Of a stretch of DNA of 64,000 bases, positions 59,963 to 64,000 are shown piece after piece. The notes under the pieces were generated by a model. That model searched no databases. It saw nothing but the letters and a program-made list of their open reading frames with translations, and was not told where the DNA came from. Made by a program: the position numbers and the translations under genes. Within the stretch, counting starts at the first letter, position 1, and each line of letters starts with the position of its first letter. The DNA is from Bacteroidota bacterium (lineage in GTDB: Bacteria; Bacteroidota; Ignavibacteria; UBA10030). The DNA lies in contig JALONQ010000003.1 in NCBI GenBank assembly GCA_025454835.1, positions 67,273-131,272 of the forward strand, written 5' to 3'.

Positions 59963-62263
59963 GTGACACCTCTGCTACTCTATATTGTCTTCGGTGCCTT
60001 CGCGGCCGCCGTCATCGCGCCCCTCCTGGTGCGGTGGTTCGGTGACCGGGCCTCGGCCGTCCTGGCTATCGTCCCGGCGTCAGTGGTCGGCATCGTCTTC
60101 TTCATGCTGGGTCCGCCTCCCGACGGCCTTCTGCAGGCGACCATCCCGTGGATACCGTCACTCGGCATCGACCTCAGTTTCTGGGTGGACGGTCTGAGCA
60201 TCATCTTCGTCCTCCTCATCGCCGGCATCGGCACGGTCGTGCTTGTCTACGCCGGTGCCTACCTGCACGATCACCGCGACCTTGGTCGATTTCTGACGTG
60301 GATCATGGTCTTCATGGGGGCCATGCTTGGCCTCGTGACGAGCGGCAACCTGCTCACGCTCTTCCTCTTCTGGGAGCTGACGAGCATCAGTTCGTATTTC
60401 CTCATCGGCTTCCTGCATGACGATGCGGCCTCGCGCAAGTCCGCGCTTCAGGCGCTACTCATCACCGGCGCCGGGGGTCTGTCGCTGTTGGCGGGATTCA
60501 TCCTCCTCGGTTCGGCCGTCGGCTCCTACGAACTCTCTGCGATCCTCACGAGCGGAGACGCGTTCCGTTCGAGCGAATGGTACCTGCCCGGACTGTTGCT
60601 CATCCTGATCGGGGCCTTCACGAAGTCGGCGCAGGTCCCGTTCCACTTCTGGCTGCCGAATGCGATGGCGGCGCCGACGCCCGTGAGCGCCTATCTTCAC
60701 TCGGCGACGATGGTCAAAGCCGGCGTGTTCATGCTCGCGCGTCTGCATCCAGTGCTCAACGGAACGTCGGAGTTCCATGTGCTCGTCGGAACGGCCGGTG
60801 CCGCAACGATGATCCTTGGCGCCGTGTCGGCGTTCGGCCAGCGCGACCTGAAACGACTCCTTGCCTATACGACGGTGAGCGCGTTGGGCACCCTCGTGCT
60901 GCTTCTGGGGATTGGGACGGAGACGGCCGTTCAAGCGGCGATGGTCTTCCTACTCGCTCATGCTCTCTACAAAGGAGCGCTCTTCCTCACGGTCGGAATC
61001 GTGGACCATGAGACCGGCACGCGCGACGTGGAATCGCTCGGCGGTCTCTGGCGGATGATGCCAATGACGGCACTCGCGGCAACGCTGGCCGCGCTATCGA
61101 TGGCCGGACTCCCGCCGATGCTGGGGTTCATCGGCAAAGAACTGCTCTATGAAGCTAAGCTTGCGGCCCCATGGGCGCCGTGGACGATCACGGCGCTGGG
61201 CGTGACCGCGAACATTCTGACCGTCGCGGTCGCGGCGCTCATGACGCTCCGCACGTTCGGAGGTGCGTCATCCTCCGTTCGCACCGCACACGACCCTTCA
61301 TGGCAGATGTGGGGCGGCGTGGCATTGCTTGCCTCGTTGGGTTTCGCGGCCGGGATGGCGGCTGACCTGGTAGCGACCCATATCGTCGGTCCGGCCACAA
61401 CGGCGATCCGAGGTGAGCGCGTCGAGACATCGCTCGGCCTCTGGCACGGAGTGAATCCCGTGCTCCTGTTGAGTCTTGCGACACTCGCAAGCGGTGCGGC
61501 ACTCTATGCGCTGCATCGGCCGATCCGTCGCATGACGGCAGGGTGGCGGCCCTGGAAGGCAGAACGCGCGTATGACGCAGCGCTCGCGGGCATGCTCGCC
61601 TCGGCGCGCAAGCAGACTCTCTGGCTGCAATCGGGTCAGATCTCGACATACCTTGCCCTGACCCTCCTGGCGACGCTGCTGCTGGTGGGGTTGCCCATCC
61701 TGGCATTCTGGCCGCAGCTCTCGATGGTCGTCGCGATGGACCTGGCGCTCCTGCCGACCGTCATTGCCGGAATGATGGCCATTGCCGCATTCCTGGCCGT
61801 GCGCGCGAAAACGAGTCTCGGGAGCATCATTGCCCTCGGTGTCGTTGGCTATGGCATCGCGGTCCTCTTCCTGCTGTACAGCGCTCCCGATCTTGCCATG
61901 ACGCAATTCGCCGTTGAGACGCTGTCGGTGGTCCTGTTGATGCTGGTGGTGGCCAAGCTCCCGGAATTTCGCCAGATGGGGTCGCGTTCGACGCGCCTCT
62001 GGCAGGCGGGTCTTGCGGGAGCGGGTGGCGCGCTGATGACGCTTCTGGTGTTGTTCGTGACGGCAGAACCGGCGCGCATGACGCTGGCCACGTTCTACGG
62101 CGAGGCCTCCTACGCGTTGGCGAACGGCCGGAACATCGTCAACGTGATCCTTGTCGACTTCCGGGGTCTGGACACCTTGGGCGAGATCACCGTTCTCGGC
62201 ATCGCCGCATTGGGCGCGGTCGCGCTCCTCCGGCTTGTCGTCGACAAGGAGGATGGCCGATGA
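59963..62263 (+). CDS. mrpA: Mrp Na+/H+ antiporter subunit A
   Basis: [60 protein letters not shown]. Confidence 0.95.
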   Translation: MTPLLLYIVFGAFAAAVIAPLLVRWFGDRASAVLAIVPASVVGIVFFMLGPPPDGLLQATIPWIPSLGIDLSFWVDGLSIIFVLLIAGIGTVVLVYAGAYLHDHRDLGRFLTWIMVFMGAMLGLVTSGNLLTLFLFWELTSISSYFLIGFLHDDAASRKSALQALLITGAGGLSLLAGFILLGSAVGSYELSAILTSGDAFRSSEWYLPGLLLILIGAFTKSAQVPFHFWLPNAMAAPTPVSAYLHSATMVKAGVFMLARLHPVLNGTSEFHVLVGTAGAATMILGAVSAFGQRDLKRLLAYTTVSALGTLVLLLGIGTETAVQAAMVFLLAHALYKGALFLTVGIVDHETGTRDVESLGGLWRMMPMTALAATLAALSMAGLPPMLGFIGKELLYEAKLAAPWAPWTITALGVTANILTVAVAALMTLRTFGGASSSVRTAHDPSWQMWGGVALLASLGFAAGMAADLVATHIVGPATTAIRGERVETSLGLWHGVNPVLLLSLATLASGAALYALHRPIRRMTAGWRPWKAERAYDAALAGMLASARKQTLWLQSGQISTYLALTLLATLLLVGLPILAFWPQLSMVVAMDLALLPTVIAGMMAIAAFLAVRAKTSLGSIIALGVVGYGIAVLFLLYSAPDLAMTQFAVETLSVVLLMLVVAKLPEFRQMGSRSTRLWQAGLAGAGGALMTLLVLFVTAEPARMTLATFYGEASYALANGRNIVNVILVDFRGLDTLGEITVLGIAALGAVALLRLVVDKEDGR

Positions 62264-62667
62264 GATCGCTCATTCTCGCGTCGGCGACTCGCGTGCTTCT
62301 GCCTCTGCTCTGGCTCTTCTCCGTCTTCATCCTTCTGAGAGGACACAACGAGCCCGGCGGCGGATTCATCGGGGGTCTGGTCGCGGCGTCGGGCGTGGCG
62401 CTCTATGCGCTCGCCTTCGGTCCGGCCGCCGCCCGTCGCGTGCTGCCCGCGGACCCACGGACGCTCATCGCCATCGGTCTGGTTCTCGCCCTTGGAAGCG
62501 CGCTGATCTCCACGTTGGGAGGCGGCACGTTCATGACGGGCATGTGGAGTTCGTTCGCCATTCCGGTGATCGGCAAGGTCGGCACGCCGTTCTTGTTCGA
62601 TATTGGCGTCTACGTCGTGGTGGTCGGCATCGCCGTAGCGCTCGTCCTGACGATGGCGGAGGACTGA
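62260..62667 (+). CDS. mrpB: Mrp antiporter subunit B
   Basis: [21 protein letters not shown]. Confidence 0.94.
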   Translation: MRSLILASATRVLLPLLWLFSVFILLRGHNEPGGGFIGGLVAASGVALYALAFGPAAARRVLPADPRTLIAIGLVLALGSALISTLGGGTFMTGMWSSFAIPVIGKVGTPFLFDIGVYVVVVGIAVALVLTMAED

Positions 62668-62668
62668 C

Positions 62669-63052
62669 ATGCATCTCCTGCTCGCCATCCTCGTCGGGAT
62701 CCTCTACGCGTGCGGCCTGTATCTCATGATGCGGCGGAGCATGCTCAAGCTCGTCATCGGTCTCGGGCTGCTCGGTCACGCCGCCAATCTGCTCATCTTC
62801 ACGGCTGGCCGCGTTGTTCCCGGCGCCGTTCCGCTGATCCCGGAGGGGATGACCACACCCTCCGGTCCGATCGCCGACCCGGTTCCGCAGGCGCTCATCC
62901 TCACGGCCATCGTCATCGGTTTCGGTGTTCAGGCGTTCGCCATTCTCCTCGTGCGCCGGCTGGCCGAACGAACGAGGACGGACGACGTCCGGGAATTGAC
63001 GACGACCGAACAACTGGAAACTCAGACCGGAACCGGCAAGGGGGCCTCATGA
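62669..63052 (+). CDS. mrpC: Mrp antiporter subunit C
   Basis: [25 protein letters not shown]. Confidence 0.95.
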   Translation: MHLLLAILVGILYACGLYLMMRRSMLKLVIGLGLLGHAANLLIFTAGRVVPGAVPLIPEGMTTPSGPIADPVPQALILTAIVIGFGVQAFAILLVRRLAERTRTDDVRELTTTEQLETQTGTGKGAS

Positions 63053-64000
63053 ACCTCCTGATCCTGCCGGTGCTTATTCCGCTGGCCGCGAGCATCATCA
63101 CGCTCTTCGCCCGCCGGTCGATAGCGCTTCAGCGTTCGGTCCATGTCGTGTCGTCGTTGGCGTCGCTCGCTGTGAGTGTGCTCCTCCTGGGGCGGGTCTG
63201 GTCCGGGGGCATCCAGGTGTTGGAGGTCGGCTCGTGGCCCGCGCCGTTCGGCATCACCTTCGTCGCCGACCTGCTGAGCGCGCTAATGGTGAGTGTCACG
63301 GCAGTCGTCTCCGTAGCGGTGGCCGTAACGTCGCTTGGCTCGATCGACGCGGCCCGGGAGAAGTTCGGTTATCACGGGTTCATCCTCGTCATGTTGGCTG
63401 GGGTCAACGGGGCCTTCCTGACGGGAGACCTGTTCAACCTCTATGTGTGGTTCGAAGTTCTGCTCATGGCGTCGTTCGTGCTGATGACGCTGGGGAACGA
63501 GCGCGGGCAGCTGGAGGGGGGCATGAAGTATGTCACGCTCAACCTCATGTCGTCCGCCCTGTTCCTGGCCGGCGTCGGCCTGCTCTATGCCGCGACCGGC
63601 AGTCTCAACATGGCCGAGCTGGCCTCGCTCGTGGGAAGGCCGGAACACTCCGCCATCGTGCCCGTCGTGGCAATGATGTTCCTGGTTGCGTTCGGCATCA
63701 AGGCCGCGATCTTTCCTCTCTTCTTCTGGCTGCCGGCATCGTATCACACGCCCCCTCCGGTGATCGCCGCGCTCTTCGCAGGCCTTCTGACGAAGGTCGG
63801 GGTCTATGCGCTGCTCCGGGTGTTCACGCTTCTGTTCCACCAGGAAGCGTGGCTCACGCACACCACGATCGTCGTGATCGCAGGCCTGACGATGCTGACG
63901 GGCGTTCTGGGTGCCGCCGCACAAACGGACATCCGCCGGATCCTCTCGTTCCACATCATCAGCCAGATCGGCTACATGATCCTGGGGCTTGGACTCTTCT
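63049..64000 (+). CDS. mrpD: Mrp antiporter subunit D (runs off the window, missing from the ORF track)
   Basis: Hand translation from ATG 63049: [53 protein letters not shown]. Confidence 0.92.
   Translation, partial: MNLLILPVLIPLAASIITLFARRSIALQRSVHVVSSLASLAVSVLLLGRVWSGGIQVLEVGSWPAPFGITFVADLLSALMVSVTAVVSVAVAVTSLGSIDAAREKFGYHGFILVMLAGVNGAFLTGDLFNLYVWFEVLLMASFVLMTLGNERGQLEGGMKYVTLNLMSSALFLAGVGLLYAATGSLNMAELASLVGRPEHSAIVPVVAMMFLVAFGIKAAIFPLFFWLPASYHTPPPVIAALFAGLLTKVGVYALLRVFTLLFHQEAWLTHTTIVVIAGLTMLTGVLGAAAQTDIRRILSFHIISQIGYMILGLGLF

Overview
High-GC bacterial chromosome segment spanning the replication origin. It most likely comes from the Bacteroidota/Chlorobi/Ignavibacteria group (inference from the PorV-family gene, the exported GATase-like gene and gene order). 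Left arm (- strand): gyrA-gyrB-dciA(DUF721)-recF-dnaN-[oriC]-dnaA. Right arm (+): rpmH-rnpA-yidD-yidC-mnmE-mnmG-rsmG-murQ-DUF2461-lon-dnaX, with three parS sites around mnmG. Accessory genes follow: a stand-alone C39 peptidase, a PorV-like barrel, a GT4/flippase/DUF2079 glycosylation trio, a four-gene secreted protein-FecR-Ig/beta-barrel-CHASE2 adenylate cyclase module, dxr-rseP, a TPR/GATase-like/phosphoesterase operon, an ECF sigma/anti-sigma region with msrA, pdxJ, and a long ion-homeostasis cluster (trkH-trkA-CPA1-cmpX-like-amidohydrolase-GNAT/nitrilase-mscS-mrpABCD). Best novelty candidates: (1) the putative trans-envelope cAMP signalling module, (2) a sense-strand five-way-junction RNA directly upstream of its cyclase, (3) a catalytically dead nitrilase fusion in the ion cluster, and (4) short-tandem-repeat hairpin elements in intergenic regions. 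No rRNA, tRNA, CRISPR or transposase was recognised. All calls were made by eye, without database searches.
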